Below, piece by piece: positions 12,511 through 27,309 of a stretch of DNA of 64,000 bases. The stretch is taken from positions 85,436,001 through 85,500,000 of the forward strand of contig OX597824.1 of the NCBI GenBank assembly GCA_951406725.2, given 5' to 3'. Position 1 is the first letter of the stretch; each line of letters begins with the position of its first letter. The notes under the pieces are model-generated. The model saw only the letters and a program-made list of their open reading frames with translations. It did not search any database and was not told where the DNA came from. Source of the stretch: Octopus vulgaris. Taxonomy: Eukaryota. A program made the translations under genes and the position numbers.

Positions 12511-14687
12511 TAATTTGTAAGTATATTAGTATAAGTTAAATAATGAGGATATGAGAGAATACAAGCGGAAAATGAAGCGAAAAGGGGCAAAATAAAAGAA
12601 GTTGGATGACAGCCCACAAAACTTCAATGTAACTTATCGAATATTTAGTGCATAGTTAATGACATGACACATTTTTATGGGTCGGTTTCTTTTATCTTTT
12701 GCTTGTTTCAGTCATTGGACTGCAGCCATGCTGAGACCCCGCCTTGAAGGAGTTTAGTCGAACGAATCGATCGCACTCCTTATTTTTGAAGTCTGGTATT
12801 TATTCTATCATTCTCTTTAACCGAATCGCTAGATCACAGGGGCGTAAACAAACCAATACCGGTTATTAAATGGTATAACCAATACCGGTTTTCAAATAGC
12901 TACTTAACACACAGCTATGCCTAAAAATAAAAGCAAAAAAAATACCGAAAAAATAACGCCAGTGATGCACAAACATATAAAATGGAAACAGAACTAGTTC
13001 AAAGAGATCTCATATTCTACCATAAGTGCATCTCACAAATACTATTGGGTGTGTCAACAAATAAACTTGATAAAAACATAATTCATTTTTAATAGATTAT
13101 ATATCTGGTATATATGTACGTGTGTGTGTGTGTGTGTATGCGCGTGTGTATGTGCATAAATGTATGTATGTATGTATGCATGAATGTATGTATGTATGTA
13201 TGTATGTATGTATGTATGTATGTATGTATGTATGTATGTATGTATGTACGTATGTATGTATGTATGTATGTATGTATGTATGTATGTATGTATGTATGTA
13301 TGTATGTTTGTATATACGTATGTATAGTATTTAGCTATCGTCGAGAAGTTCAAAAGAGTGCTCAATGCCAATGGGTAAGTATTATTTATGGCTATGAGAG
13401 CTGGAATCTCATATGTAGCTATTCGAATTTCGCGTTCCTGCCCATCATACTTCTAACTCGATACGGAATGTTGGATCCAAGCCGATCTTGTACAGTACAT
13501 TGGATTAGCAACCTATTCTCATTATAAAACTGATGTATTACTAGAAACGTTCAACGACAGTCCGATGTACAGTCCTGCACGGATAAAAAAAATTAAAAAT
13601 GGTTGCATAGTATTTTCACTAAGGTCCACTTTAGGTATGCGTATCTCTATCACCTATCAGGCCCCTCTCTAGGTTCTGCACTGAACACTTTAGCTTATGA
13701 GCTTATGCAGAGTGACTCGGTAGCATGTACTACACGCTCACTTTGTATATATATCAGGGACTTTATTGTCCAATATATCTTTATTTAAGACAGTAGGTTG
13801 TAATTTGAGGAGGGTTAGGCAGCTTTTTCTAGCAAGCTAAGCGACTACATAGCGGTTCCCTTGTGCGGGGTTAGAGTCAATGTTGTTATGTAGCACCCCG
13901 CTCGCTCAGTCTTGATTGAATAAATGTATGATCAAAATCTTTCTGGTCATAATCATTCCATCTCTTATTCATGCACAATATATCTAGGAGTATATTATTA
14001 TCTAACGCGTAAGACGACCAGAATACGAGTTTTGAGAGATTTGACAGCTATTTCTCACAGACCGAGCGACCACGTAGAAGCTACTCAAAAATAATGACGC
14101 ATTTAGAGGAGAAGGGGTGAGCGAAAAAGCCGAAGTTTGATCACGGTGATGTAATGAACTGGCGAGGTATTGACGGGAGTATGTTAGCAGAGGGTGGGGG
14201 AAAAGTGTATAGAAAAACGCGACATTGATCAACAAAGGCCAATTAAGATAATTACTTGAACGGACATTTTCATTGTTTGTAAAGAAAACTGACAGTTATA
14301 TTGTCTGGCGGTAAAGATCTATAATGGTGATGGTGGTGGTGGTGGTGACGGTGGTGGTGGTGGTGGTGGTGGTGATGGAGGTATCGTTTTGAGTTCTATA
14401 AGGCGTTGGTATGCTGAAGTGTTGCATCCAAGTGGTGCTACGATATTTGTAATATGGTTGCTGTAGGGCGAAAAGTGCCAGTGGTGAAGTGAACGAAGGA
14501 TTTTTTTCTTCTTTCCTGTACAAGAAGCCATTTAATCACATGTCATCCGCTATACGACTTCGTATACAATCTCCTCTATTGTGAAAGTAGATTAACTGAA
14601 TTAAACATGCAGTAAGTAGATTTGAACTTACGCACATATGATACTCTCGACCAATATTTACCCACTTGATTATCTCACATTTATATT

Positions 14688-14854
14688 CATAGGCGCAGGA
14701 GTGGCTGTGTGGTAAGTAGCTTGATTACCAACCACATGGTTCTGAGTTCAATCCTACTGCGTTGCACCTTGGAAAAATGTCTTCTTCTATAGCTTCGAGC
14801 TGACCAAAGCCTTGTGAGTTGATTTGGTAAACGGAAACTGGAAGAAGCCCGTCG

Positions 14855-14909
<55 letters not shown>

Positions 14910-14953
14910 TTGTGTGCCTTTGTTTGTCCCCCCAACATCGCTTGACAACCGAT
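14688..14953 (+). mobile_element. SINE B, 5' two-thirds
   Basis: CATAGGCGCAGGAGTGGCTGTGTGGTAAG head, then internal (TA)(TG) microsatellite. Confidence 0.9.
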
Positions 14954-14966
14954 ATATATATATATA

Positions 14967-15407
<441 letters not shown>

Positions 15408-15416
15408 CATATGTGA

Positions 15417-15722
15417 AGGCGCAATGGCCCAGTGGTTAGGGCAGCGGGATCGCGGTCGTAGGATCGCAGTTTCAATTCCCAGACCGGTCGTTGTGAGTGT
15501 TTATTGAGCGAAAACACCTAAGAGCTCCACGTGGCTCCGGCAGGGGGGGGGGATCCCTGCTGTACTCTTTCGCTACAACTTTATCTCACTCTTTCTTCTG
15601 TTGGCCTGTTCGCTTAGCAAGCGAAGTGGCGTCATTTTAAGGCTAAAACAATGCGAAGCGCATTGTGACCAGCGATGTGTAGCACCATCTGATAGTCCGG
15701 TCGGTCACGGTGATCACGGTGA
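15417..15722 (+). mobile_element. SINE family C (tRNA-like head)
   Basis: GGCGCAATGGCCCAGTGGTTAGGGCAGCG..GTTTCAATTCCC head; tail CGGTCACGGTGATCACGGTGA; related copies at 47057-47164 and 51341-51642. Confidence 0.88.
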
Positions 15723-15802
15723 TATATATATATACATACGATTTCTAGTTGTATAATTTTGATTATCATGTCTTTATATTGGACGTAAATAGTAAAATAG
15801 TT

Positions 15803-15924
15803 TTATATAATCCAGACCTGAAGATTGGCAGTATAGTCGGATTGATATGGTATTGAATTTCGAGAACTTCTATTTCAGCAATACCGTTAGATATATTGCC
15901 ATGAAACGCGCGTAGTCTATATAA
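15803..15924 (+). ncRNA. Type I hammerhead ribozyme motif (Penelope-type), intact core
   Basis: Stem I AGAC/GTCT (extended by TTATAT/ATATAA), CTGAAGA at 15818-24, long stem II TGGCAGTATA/TATATTGCCA with inner GGTATTG/CAATACC, GAAA at 15903-06, C-GCGC-G, predicted cleavage triplet GTA at 15912-14. Confidence 0.8.
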
Positions 15925-16437
15925 TTTAATATAGGATTCAGAATAAGAATTGTAGATATTAATTTTGATAAAATTTAATCTTATATATCTCTATCATAGA
16001 TAATGTCGTTCAATGTTGATTGAGTTGCTTTAAGGTTGTTCTGTCTCTTAACCCCATGAGCGGAAATATGTATGTATATATATGTGTGAGTATGTATATA
16101 TATATGTATATATATATATGTTCCTCATGTATAAGCAGTTTCGTTCTTGCATAATTGAAATAACTTTAAGATATATTGATTTTATAAATTACACTATTAC
16201 TACTCTTATAACTTTCTCACCTCTGCTTCCATTTTATCTAATATGAATAATATAATGTATCTAATAATAATTGATTCTTGTGTATGCTTATACATGCAAA
16301 TATGTATGTACATTTAAGTATAGGTATATGTATTTATGCATATTTATATATGTCTTCATATTATATATTTATGTAGAAGTATGTAAATGTGTGGGTATTT
16401 ATATCTATAACTTAACCTTATGTACTCTCTAAAACCT

Positions 16438-16558
16438 CTGACACAGCCTAGAGAAACACCCAAGTACCTCAATTTCACCTACTAGGTACTTCAGTCTACT
16501 GGAGGGATAAAGGTAGAATGAGGTATTTTTGCCTCTTGGCTGAAACAGCTGTAACATA
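16438..16558 (+). ncRNA. Degenerate hammerhead motif
   Basis: CTGACAC (mutated core), stem II AGCC/GGCT with inner TACCTCA/TGAGGTA, then GAAAC-AGCT-GTA with a palindromic loop 3. Confidence 0.5.
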
Positions 16559-16827
16559 TTTTCCCAATTTCTATTCCTGTATGTTATATAATTCAATAAT
16601 TACTGGCATCTTTATATATCTTATATGTAAAGCATAATATCTTATACATGTATGTATATTCTTGTAATTGTCATTTTAGTAAATAAATAAATAAATTGAC
16701 ATAATATAATGTCTCAAATTTGATGAACTACCTATTGACCCCCTCGATTTTCTTATTGCTCTCTCTCTCTCTCTTTCTCTCTCTCTATATATATACATAT
16801 ACATATATACACACACATATATACATA

Positions 16828-16863
<36 letters not shown>

Positions 16864-17287
16864 TGTATGTATGTATGTATGTATGTATGTACATGTGTGT
16901 GTATGTGTGTGTGCGTGCGTGCGTCTGTATACGCTAACCGAAAGAAAGCTTTTGATTGTTTCACCTGGTGAGTTATCAGACTCATGAGAAAGGAAGCAAA
17001 ATTTCGAATGCATAGAAGTTTAGAAAAATACATGACTAAGCTAAACAGCGAAGAAATCGCAAACATAAAAGAAGGACGAAGATTTAAAACTACAAATTTT
17101 GCAAAAGGAATCTAAAAATCAGTGAACCCAGAGCGTAAAGACAGACGAAATACTGTTAAGCATTTCGCCCGGCGTGCTAACGTTTCTGCCAGCTCGCCAA
17201 AACAGAAAGGTTTTCTTAATCGAAAGAATAGTTAAAAGAAGCGGGTTGGTGTCTTATATTTTTTTTATATTGATAGAAATGTGTAAA

Positions 17288-17960
17288 GATGGTGAGTGGG
17301 TAGAAATCGTTTGCACGCCGAGCAAAATACTTTGTGGCATTTCGTTCATCTTTACGTTCTGAGTTCAAATTCCACCGAGGTCGAATTTGCTTTCCATCCC
17401 TGTCAGGATCGATGAAATAAGTATTAGTTAAGCACTGGCGTCGATGTAATTGACTTAACCCCTCCAACGAAATTGCTACCCTTGTGCCAAAATTTGAAAT
17501 CAATATTGACAGAAATCCGTAAGGCGGTGAGCCGGGAGAATCGATACCACGCCGAGCAAAATGTTTTACTTCATTTCGCTCGTCTTTATGCTCTGAGGTC
17601 AAATTTCAGTGAGGTTGACTTTTCCTTTCATCATTTCAGAGTCGATAAAATAAATACCAGTTGAGTACTAGGGTCGATGTAATAGACGTAGCTTCTTCCC
17701 CGAAATTATTGGTCTTGTGCTAAAATTTGAAATCCTTGATAGAAATGAAGGCGGTGATGTGGGAAACTCGTTAGCATGCCGAGCAAAATACTTAGCCGCA
17801 TTTTCGTACGTTCTGAGCTCAAAGTCCATTAAAGTTGACTTTGTCTTTCATCCTTTCGAAGTCGATAAAATAATTACCAGTTGAGCACTGGAGTCAATGT
17901 AATCAACTTAGCCCCCTCCCCTCAATTGCTAGCCTTGTACCGAAATTTGAAACCAATTTT
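17288..17960 (+). mobile_element. Tandem array of three older SINE A copies
   Basis: Units start at about 17288, 17521 and 17748, each ending in CTTGTRC.AAATTTGAAA. Confidence 0.85.
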
Positions 17961-19639
17961 GATAGAAACGTGTAAACTTGAAATATATGAAATATAGTAT
18001 AAAATATTTCATATGACACATGAAATATTTAAAATGAAGACGGCATACAATTTATGATAAAATAAAAAGTGTGTTTAGGTGTGGGGTAACGTGAATTAAA
18101 TGAATTAAACATATACATCGATCAATGTTTTTATACAATGAGATTTGCTTAACTGCTATTATTTACGCGTGTATTTGTAGTCTTTACTACAAAGATAACT
18201 TCTGTAAACAATTGTTTAAATCATGGTGAGGGATAATATGATAAAGAAAAAAATGATATAGCATAAAATATTTGATTATGCGACCCTAGAGAACGTATAT
18301 AATAAGGAAAAAAATGAAAATATTTGCTAAAAAGTCTAGTTGGACATCTCATGAGGAAGGGATTTAATGAAATAGTAAGAGTAAATATGAGATACTTGGG
18401 TGTATGTAGGAGTTGTATGTATAATAACAAAAAATAAAATAGAAGAAAAATAGAATTATATTTATTTAACTATAGTAGTGATGATAAATTGGTAGTATTT
18501 ATTTTGTTGCTAGACGTTTTCTGCAAGAAAACTGTCAGATGATATATATCATTTCTCTGAATTTCTGAGTAATGTTATAAATATGTTGTGGTTAGTAGAA
18601 GTGATGTGTATGAAAGCTAAAATAATTATGTTGTAGTTGAGAAGTAGCAGAAGAGCGACTAGGAATTTAGTTACAAGATAGATATGAACGCTGTTAAAAT
18701 TATCAAATTATAATCAGCTGAATTTGAGAACATGATTTAGAATCAGAAATAGGTTGGCTACTTAAGTTTGAGGAGAAATAAGATCAATTTCTAAAAGCAA
18801 CATAAGATGAAAATTTTAAAATTGTAATCACACAGTACGTTGTCGGGAATTTGAGTTAACATTAGTGAAACATGTTATAAATGTATAAAATATATGTTTT
18901 ATAATTTAAAAGGTGAAATTACCACGTGCTTATCAAAGGAGAGAGTAGAATGATTATAAAAAGCTTGATTATATGAAGATGCTGTCAAGATGTAACTAAA
19001 TACATTGGAAAGCATTCCTTAGGCGATCATTCTAAATGGTGCTTGTGAGGAAGGAATCAAATATATGAAAGTCATGGTCTTAGTCTTGTTATCCAAGTGT
19101 ATTTTGAAACCGATTTAGTTGTGACGTGACATTTAAACCAATGTTAGACTTAGGAGAAAGGAGTACGTATTAAAGGGGTTAATATGGCTAGACATAATAC
19201 TTGAGGTAATAATTGTACACTGAGTGTGTAGCTGTATTCCGTTTCCGAATGCAAGGGTCGATATGCTCGTCAGATATTGAATTAACTGTGTAGGTATTTC
19301 GGCTCCTTACCAGCGATACAAGCAATGCAGGTGACTTCTGTCCAATAACACAAAATTATTTGAATCAGATATCTCTGTCAGTTTCAACGCGTGATCTTAT
19401 TGAGGAGAGGTTTCCCACTGTATTAGACATGCCACTCGTCTACTGCCTTGAGTCAGATGTAACACCACGCTTTCTCTTTGGTAGCTAGTTAATATTCTTG
19501 AAGAAAGAGTGAACCGTGGTCAGCTGATACCTTCCCAAATCTCCCCAGTATTAGATCTATCTTCATTCTCATGCAGCGTTCACCTTCCTTCTCTACAAGC
19601 AGATGTACTGACGACACATATCTATACGCTTTTATTCTT

Positions 19640-19840
19640 TTATCCTTTTGCTTGTTTCAGTCATTTGACTGCGGCCATGCTGGAGCACTACCTTTAGTCG
19701 AACAAAACGACCTAGGACTTATTCTTTGTAAGTATAGTACTTATTCTATTGGTTTCTTTTGCCGAACTGCTAAGTTTCGGGGAAATAAACACACAAATAT
19801 CGGTTGTCAAGCGATGGTGGGGGACAAACACAAACACACA

Positions 19841-19928
<88 letters not shown>

Positions 19929-20050
19929 CGCACTTCGTTCAGTTTTCGTCTACAAAATCCACTCACAAGGCTTTGAACACCCCGAGGCTATAGTAGAAGA
20001 CACTCAAAGTAGGACTGAACCCGGAACCATGTGGTTGGGAAGCAAGCTTC
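19640..20050 (-). mobile_element. SINE B with an expanded internal (CA)n
   Basis: Full tail, microsatellite and partial head. Confidence 0.88.
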
Positions 20051-20199
20051 TCAGTTTCTGTACAAATACACACTCAAACATACGCAGCGCACACGTACCC
20101 ATATATCAGACTGAATCAAAAGATTTTTCTATTTCAAGCTACAATTAATACGTTAAACAAATTACGTACGAAAAGCATTTATTCATGAAAATATATCCT

Positions 20200-21201
20200 A
20201 TCATACTGTATTTTCTGTTGCCATAGTTGTGTCAGAATCTCAATTCCACGCTTGTAACATTTGGCGGGTTTACAGGCAAAAAAACTCCATGCACCCGTTT
20301 TCAATTTCATCTACATTTTTGAGACTCCATCCGTGCGGAAAATGAACCATGGCTCTGAAACGCTAGTAATCTGATAGTGCAAAGTTTGGACTGTAGGTAA
20401 GGTGAGGTAGCACTTCCATCCTTTCAAGTTCCTCAAGTTTGCGTTTGGTTACATTGGCAGTGTGTGCTGGAGCACTGTCAAGCTATAAGAGAGCACGTCT
20501 TCGATTGACAAATGCCAGGTAGCGGGTTTCCAAAACATCACAGCAGTTGTTGAGTATGTAGGTAAGCGTTTATAGCATGGACGACTGGGACGAGCTCAAA
20601 GTGCAAAACCCCTTTGAAATTCCTCCAAACACACATGACCTTCTCTTCAAACCACTCTTCTTTGACAACTGATTCTGAAGCTTAGCTGGAAGAACAAAGT
20701 CATTAATTTCTCTTATTAGGATTACGAATATAGATTTATATTTCATCCCCAGTTACAATTCGACGCCAAGGACGGGCATCTCGAGGATTTGCCAGGAGCT
20801 GTTTGCAAATATTCGCACGTCGTTGAGCCTGGTCGTTAATCTGTTCACGAAGAGCTTCTCCACACCGTCTGTCACGAGGCCAATCTGGAAGTGTCGATCG
20901 ATGGTGTTTCGTGAAGACCAAGTCCTGTCGACAATGTGTGTATGATTGAACTCGGCTGGTGTTCAACCATTTCAAACAAGTTCTCATCTTCCACAGAAGG
21001 TGTCCCTGAACTTGGTTTGTCTTCGAGGCTGGTGTCACCTTCCTTGAAACGTATGAACCCGTTTTGTGCTACACGTTCGTTGACAGTTCCTGGGCCTTCT
21101 ACATCATTAATTTATTTGGCCTCTGCTCTTGCACTAAGTCCTTTTTTTTTTGTCATAGGTAGTGTAAAATGGCTCTAATTGTAATTTTTTTTACCACTCA
21201 T
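20200..21201 (-). pseudogene. Decayed mariner transposase (Mos1/SETMAR-like)
   Basis: N-terminal RFKEGDTSLEDKP, WRRIVTGDE and YSPNFALSDY motifs, with multiple frameshifts. Confidence 0.88.
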
Positions 21202-21427
21202 TATCAAAGCTGTATAATAAAGAATAAATAATGTTTTTGCGTTACTTATGAAAATAAAGAATAAACAATTTAGCAACAACTAGACAAGTTGTATCAGATT
21301 AATGATATAACATGGGAATACAAGTTGCCATAAATCATCAGTCAAAATCTGAAAAAAAAATTTATTCAAGCTTGTAAATATTTATGTGTGTGTGGGCTTG
21401 TGTGTGTGTGTATGCACACATATACAC

Positions 21428-21455
21428 TAGCAGAGATATTTGGCGTTGCTTGGGA
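21428..21455 (-). mobile_element. Helitron 3' terminus fragment
   Basis: CTAGCAGAGATATTTGGCGTTGCTTGGG resembles the hairpin+CTAG end at 57037. Confidence 0.5.
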
Positions 21456-21485
21456 TAAAAAAGGTATACTTTGTATAAATATATA

Positions 21486-21558
<73 letters not shown>

Positions 21559-22585
21559 ATTAATTTCTTAATGTAAGGGTAAATATGTAATTGTGAATAC
21601 TTTGCGACTGCTACGATAATTATTAACTGCTAATGGAACAGAAAATGTACATTTTTATATATACCTTGGACTTTGCCACCTCATTGTTCTTGTTTTTTCT
21701 TCAAGAAAGCGGTGTATCTGAACCTCTAAAACATGTTTAAAACAAGTACATACACACGCACATATATACTGGCGCACGCGTAGGAGCGAAGGAGAGACAA
21801 GGAGAGTGTGTTATAGACACATATATTTCAATAAAGTTCTCATGTTATGTTGTATTGAAGAGCCCTGAACGAGGGAGAAATGGCGCTATCTACAAATCGT
21901 GGAATATCTAATAAATGAATTTTATGGAAATATGGAAACATTATACGCTCTTTCACACAGCAAAAATATCTCTCAAGATAAGAAAAATAAAAAAAATAGA
22001 ATATAGACTTAGAAGTTTATCTGTCTCCCTCTCTCTCCCTCTCTTACTCTGTATGCAACTGTAAGCAGCAGCATCAGTCTCCGGTTAAATAATCATGTGT
22101 TCCTATAAAGTACATAGTAAATTCAAAAACGTGCCATATTGTTACAAGAGTGCTCAAAAGCAGTAAGATGAACGGAATAATTTAGAGCCGCAACTATGAA
22201 TCTGAGAAAGAATTGATTATATGATGTTATGAGTCAGCCAATGAGACAGGCGCATTTAGATGCGATCTTAAATTTCAATTAAATGTTCTTGCCTTCTTCC
22301 AGATATTTCCATCTGATGAAACGTACAGGATGTGGAAACTCAAAGTAGCAGTGAAAATTATATCAGACAAATAAATTCAATTTCTTCAGTATCTTCTACA
22401 TACAATAACGTCGAGTTGACCAATACATTATCAGTGAGATTTATAGGCGGACACTTTTCTGAAGTCTGCCATATATACTACAACGCGAGCGCGTGTAACG
22501 TCTGTGTATATGAAAGTGTGTGTATATACGTGTATGTTTGGATTAATAAATAACGACGTCCAAAATCAGGCCTGTCAGTCAGCAG

Positions 22586-22635
<50 letters not shown>

Positions 22636-22698
22636 TAATATATATATATGTACATATGTACATATATATGTGTGTGTGTATACATACATTTATATATG

Positions 22699-22732
<34 letters not shown>

Positions 22733-22749
22733 CATATATAAATGTATGT

Positions 22750-22793
<44 letters not shown>

Positions 22794-23109
22794 TATAAAT
22801 TTATGTGCCCGCCGTTTCATAATCAATGTTAATGGATAATTAACTTTGTTACTGTCACGGGAGAGAGGTGAAAAGAAATTATGATTCTTATGCATTTTTA
22901 AAGCTACAAGCCACTTATGTAATGTGATATAAACATAGCCGGGAATCTTATTGTCAGAAGGAATGAAAGTGACTATAACAAATACACACACATACACACA
23001 CACACATATACAAACATTTGATATTTGATTTTTGGGTCAAATTATATATAAACCCAATTTAACATTAAGGTAGAATTACTCGGAACTTTTTGGTTAAGTT
23101 CATATTTAT

Positions 23110-23230
23110 TAAACTTTTGCAAGACTGTAACTTCGGAGTTTCGGACTGCTAGCTTTCATCAGACAGTCTGATGTAAGCTATCAGGCCGAAACGTCGAAGT
23201 TACTGTCACCCGTTTTCTTGCAAAAGTTTA
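23110..23230. repeat. Palindrome made of two inverted minimal hammerhead-like units
   Basis: 42-bp arms 23123-64 and 23166-207 with about 6 mismatches; consensus GTCTGATGAAAGCTANCAGGCCGAAACGTC; outer inverted repeat TAAACTTTTGCAAGA. Confidence 0.75.
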
Positions 23231-23283
23231 GCATACATACACACGTATATACATATATACATATATGTGTGTGTGTATGCGTG

Positions 23284-23327
<44 letters not shown>

Positions 23328-23436
23328 CATACAAACACATATATATATGTATAAATTAATTCAGTTTATGTCCGGTCATAGAGTAATCAATGGTTTCGCA
23401 TCCACAAAGGCCTTACATAAAAACATACATATATAC

Positions 23437-23473
<37 letters not shown>

Positions 23474-24130
23474 GGTAAAACTTTAGGAGCCACTATCAAT
23501 CTGTTCATTTTGTATCTCTTATTATAAATATATTGCGCTCAATGTTCGAGTTCCACATGTATGATTATACATAAGCAAAAGCATTAATATATATATATGT
23601 GTATTTCTGTGTTTGTGTCTGTGAGCGCATGTATGTATATATCTTATACAACTTTTATCTTCTACTGGTTTCATCCAGAGGCTGAGACCGCAGATCATTT
23701 TTTCTTGTGCGATAAATACGCTCAGTTGCATCAATTTCCAAATAATATATCTTCTCTTCCCCTTTACTGATGTGTATTCATACATGCGAACACGTATTTT
23801 AGCTCTTATTGTAAGTCAACGTTCGATTGTATAAGTGGGTGTGTGTGTGTGCGCGTAGGTGTGTAATCGCCAGGTATGTTACTCGACTTTCAATCACTGT
23901 CGCTGTATCACTTTCACACAATAGTTGTATTCAACGCATTAGAACGTGGCGAATGTGTGTGGGTGTGTATGTATATTTCAGCTGGTTACAGTTCTTTTGT
24001 AATCGCTCATACACACGCAGCGTATACATACATACATGCATACCTATATACATACCTACATACATACATACATACATACATACATACATACATACATACA
24101 TACACACATACAAACATATATATATGTATA

Positions 24131-24203
<73 letters not shown>

Positions 24204-24297
24204 GTATATATGTATATATGTATATATGTATATATATATATAAAACTATATATATATATATATATATATATAACTATATATATATATATATATATAT

Positions 24298-24332
<35 letters not shown>

Positions 24333-25510
24333 GTATATATGCACGCACACATATACACATATAAAACAAACTACTGTTCAGTAATTTTGCCAGCTTGTCT
24401 TCAGAATTGGTTCTCAACAAAGAATGTTTTTAGAAAATGATGGCGACGTTAATGTATTGTTAGCAATCAGTAAGTCTACGAGCCATCCTCTTCTTCTGAC
24501 ATTGGGTAGATCGCGTTTTGCCATTATATTCTCTCATTTAAATTCTGCTCTCATTAGGTCATTTGTTTTCTGTTCCTTTGTTTAAATTATCGCTTCACAG
24601 TGTTATGATGCGACAGTTGGCGTTACTCTATTTCGTATAAGTAGAAAGCGCGTGTTGATTGAACAATCAATATCGAAATGGACTGCACATTATTTTTTCA
24701 ATTTCAGTACTGAATTGGTCGAAGTATTCATCATTCTGTATTGTCCATTCTGAAGTAGATTTACAGTTGAAGAAACGGCTTTAAAGGCCGCTCTTTGCAC
24801 ATATTGAGAAAGGGCTTTCATGTTTTCCTCCCTGTCCACCTGGTATGTCATCTTTTACTTCCCATTCGTACATATTTACTTTGCATAAGCACTTCATAAG
24901 TGTTATATCTCAATCTTTCAATTTAATTCGGCAACTAAGGTGGTATTTTGACTGACTTATTCAATGTAATGCCACAGATATTTTTCGTACACTTATAGTT
25001 GCTTTCACGTTTTTATTAAATAACATTTGAATAACCAGAAGTGCTTTTTCCTTTATAAAAACTAAGAAAATTTTCTAGCTAAAATCTTTTGAGAATTGCT
25101 GTTGGAAGGTGGATTAAACGATATCATGTCGAGTTTACTAAATTTTGTATGTGTGTATACACATTTTGATAAACAAATGGGGGAGAAAGAATACTCAATA
25201 CATATGGTAGAATTCCTTTATTCACTCGAAACTGATAACTCACTCCATCGTCACTCTTAGTGTCTCATTTGCATACTTGAACGAATGCATACAAGCGAAA
25301 AATTTGTCTAGCGACGGTGTCAAACTTCAGCTGAGAGCAAAATATGACACAGGCAGGTCATCTAGGCGAAAACTTGGCAATTTTGTTGTTGAACGCTCGT
25401 CTCCAGGATTTTCTAATGCAGGATTTTACTGAGGAGGCTTCCAATTGTTTCCTCCGAATACATGTTAAACTCAAGCCGTTCTAAGAAGGTCTGATAGCAA
25501 TTTTTGATGT

Positions 25511-25840
25511 CTGAGACCCTCTTCGGTCACGACACAGACCATGGGATTGCACCTAGAAAGTTACTCTCCCAGGCACAAGTCCGGGCAAGATTGTTTATGG
25601 AAGACCAGCAGTCGCCCATGCATACCAGCCTCCCCTCTCCACGCCACCACTGTTATCCAAGGGAAAGGCAAAGGCCGATACAACTTGGCACCTGTGACGT
25701 CGCAACTCATTTCTACAGCTGAGTGAACTGGAGCAGGGTGAAATAAAGTGCCTTGCTCAAGAACACAACACGGTCCGGGATTCGAGCTCACAACCTCACC
25801 ACCGTAAGCTCCACGCTCTAACCACTGAGCCATGCGCCTT
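25511..25840 (-). mobile_element. SINE family D (tRNA head plus CORE/V-like GTGTTCTTGAGCAAGGCACTTTA)
   Basis: GGCGCATGGCTCAGTGGTTAGAGCG..GCTCGAATCCC A/B boxes; flanking TTTTGATG duplication; related head at about 61557-61670. Confidence 0.85.
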
Positions 25841-26576
25841 CACATTTTGATGACTAAATGGCCAGTAATACACCGAAAAATCAGCAGTGTATTTGAACTT
25901 ATGATGAATAATGTTTTCGCTCGATACTCTATCTCCTGGGCCATTCTGCTTCTATGCACACACGAAACTAGTGCGTACACATGACTCTCTGCACTGCGTG
26001 TACGTGCACATTCCTGAAATTGCATACATAGTTTGCTTCTTGCACATGTTAGCCGGTATGTTTTCGCACATTTATTTCTCCATAATACCTTCATCGGCAT
26101 ATCAATGACTGTAATAATATATTATTACAACCAGCAAAATATTTCAGACAATATAAAGCAGATGAATATTGTTGTAACGGATAGATGGATAGCAATGTTG
26201 ATGAGATAGGGTATTTGCTTATTAAATGAACTGCTAAAAAAAAAAAAAAATGTCTGTTACCTCTAACACACACCGATATCAAAATACGTTGCATAAAATA
26301 GAAGCCAGAATGAGGAATAACTTTGCCAAATGGCCAGTTATTTTTGTCTTTTATAACGATGTGGTAACAGAAGAATAAAACAACCAGACTCACAAAGGGT
26401 CTAACACCCTGCCTTCATCTTGGTACACACTCGCTTAACCTCATACTAAAAATGCCGATATTATCTAGGTTCCTTTTAATTGAACGTTCACCTGATGAAA
26501 TGAAGAAGCAGGCATACAAATAGACATTGAGATACGTATTATGACATAGACAAATAGACAGACAAGAATGTCTCTT

Positions 26577-26617
<41 letters not shown>

Positions 26618-26668
26618 GTCTCTCATTTACTTTCTTTCTCTTTCTCTCTCTCTCTCTCAGTCTGTCTG

Positions 26669-26702
<34 letters not shown>

Positions 26703-27276
26703 CATATATATATACATGTGTATATATATATATATATAAATATATATATATACATATATAGATATATGTATATCTATCTTTGTGTGTGTATATATACATA
26801 CACACACAAAGATAGATATACATACATACATACATACATATATATGTGTGTGTGCGTGTATATATACACACAAATATATACATACTAACACACACATACA
26901 CACACACATATATATATATAGAGAGAGAGAGAAGAGTAAGGAGAGTGAAACTGGCATACAGATTGGAAAATGCAGCGAATACTCTGGCATCATGCTCAGA
27001 CACACTCACACGCGCTCTGCAACACAAAAGAGGCGCAGAACACGAGTCCACATACTGGGATTCACAACAGAAACTCATGAGTACAAGAGACAAGCCTTCA
27101 TGCACAACAAACTGGCATAGACACTAAACATCTCACACTCGCACACGGTTACATGCATATCTTAGGAAGCATGCAGACATACAGAACAACACGCACAATA
27201 ATTATACACAACACATCGTAACAAACAAACATGTTTACATCTTAAAATAACGAAAAACATTCAACCCAACAACTAG

Positions 27277-27309
<33 letters not shown>

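Noticed and set aside
17288-17960. Regularly spaced repeats suggesting a CRISPR-like array
   Set aside because: The units are whole SINE copies of about 230 bp, with no unique spacers and no cas genes
22306-22350. CTGATGA...GAAAC...GTA hammerhead-like motif
   Set aside because: No credible stem I or stem II
25765-25840. tRNA gene-like sequence (also at 15417, 51570 and 61557)
   Set aside because: A/B boxes are present, but there is no acceptor-stem closure and each continues into a SINE body
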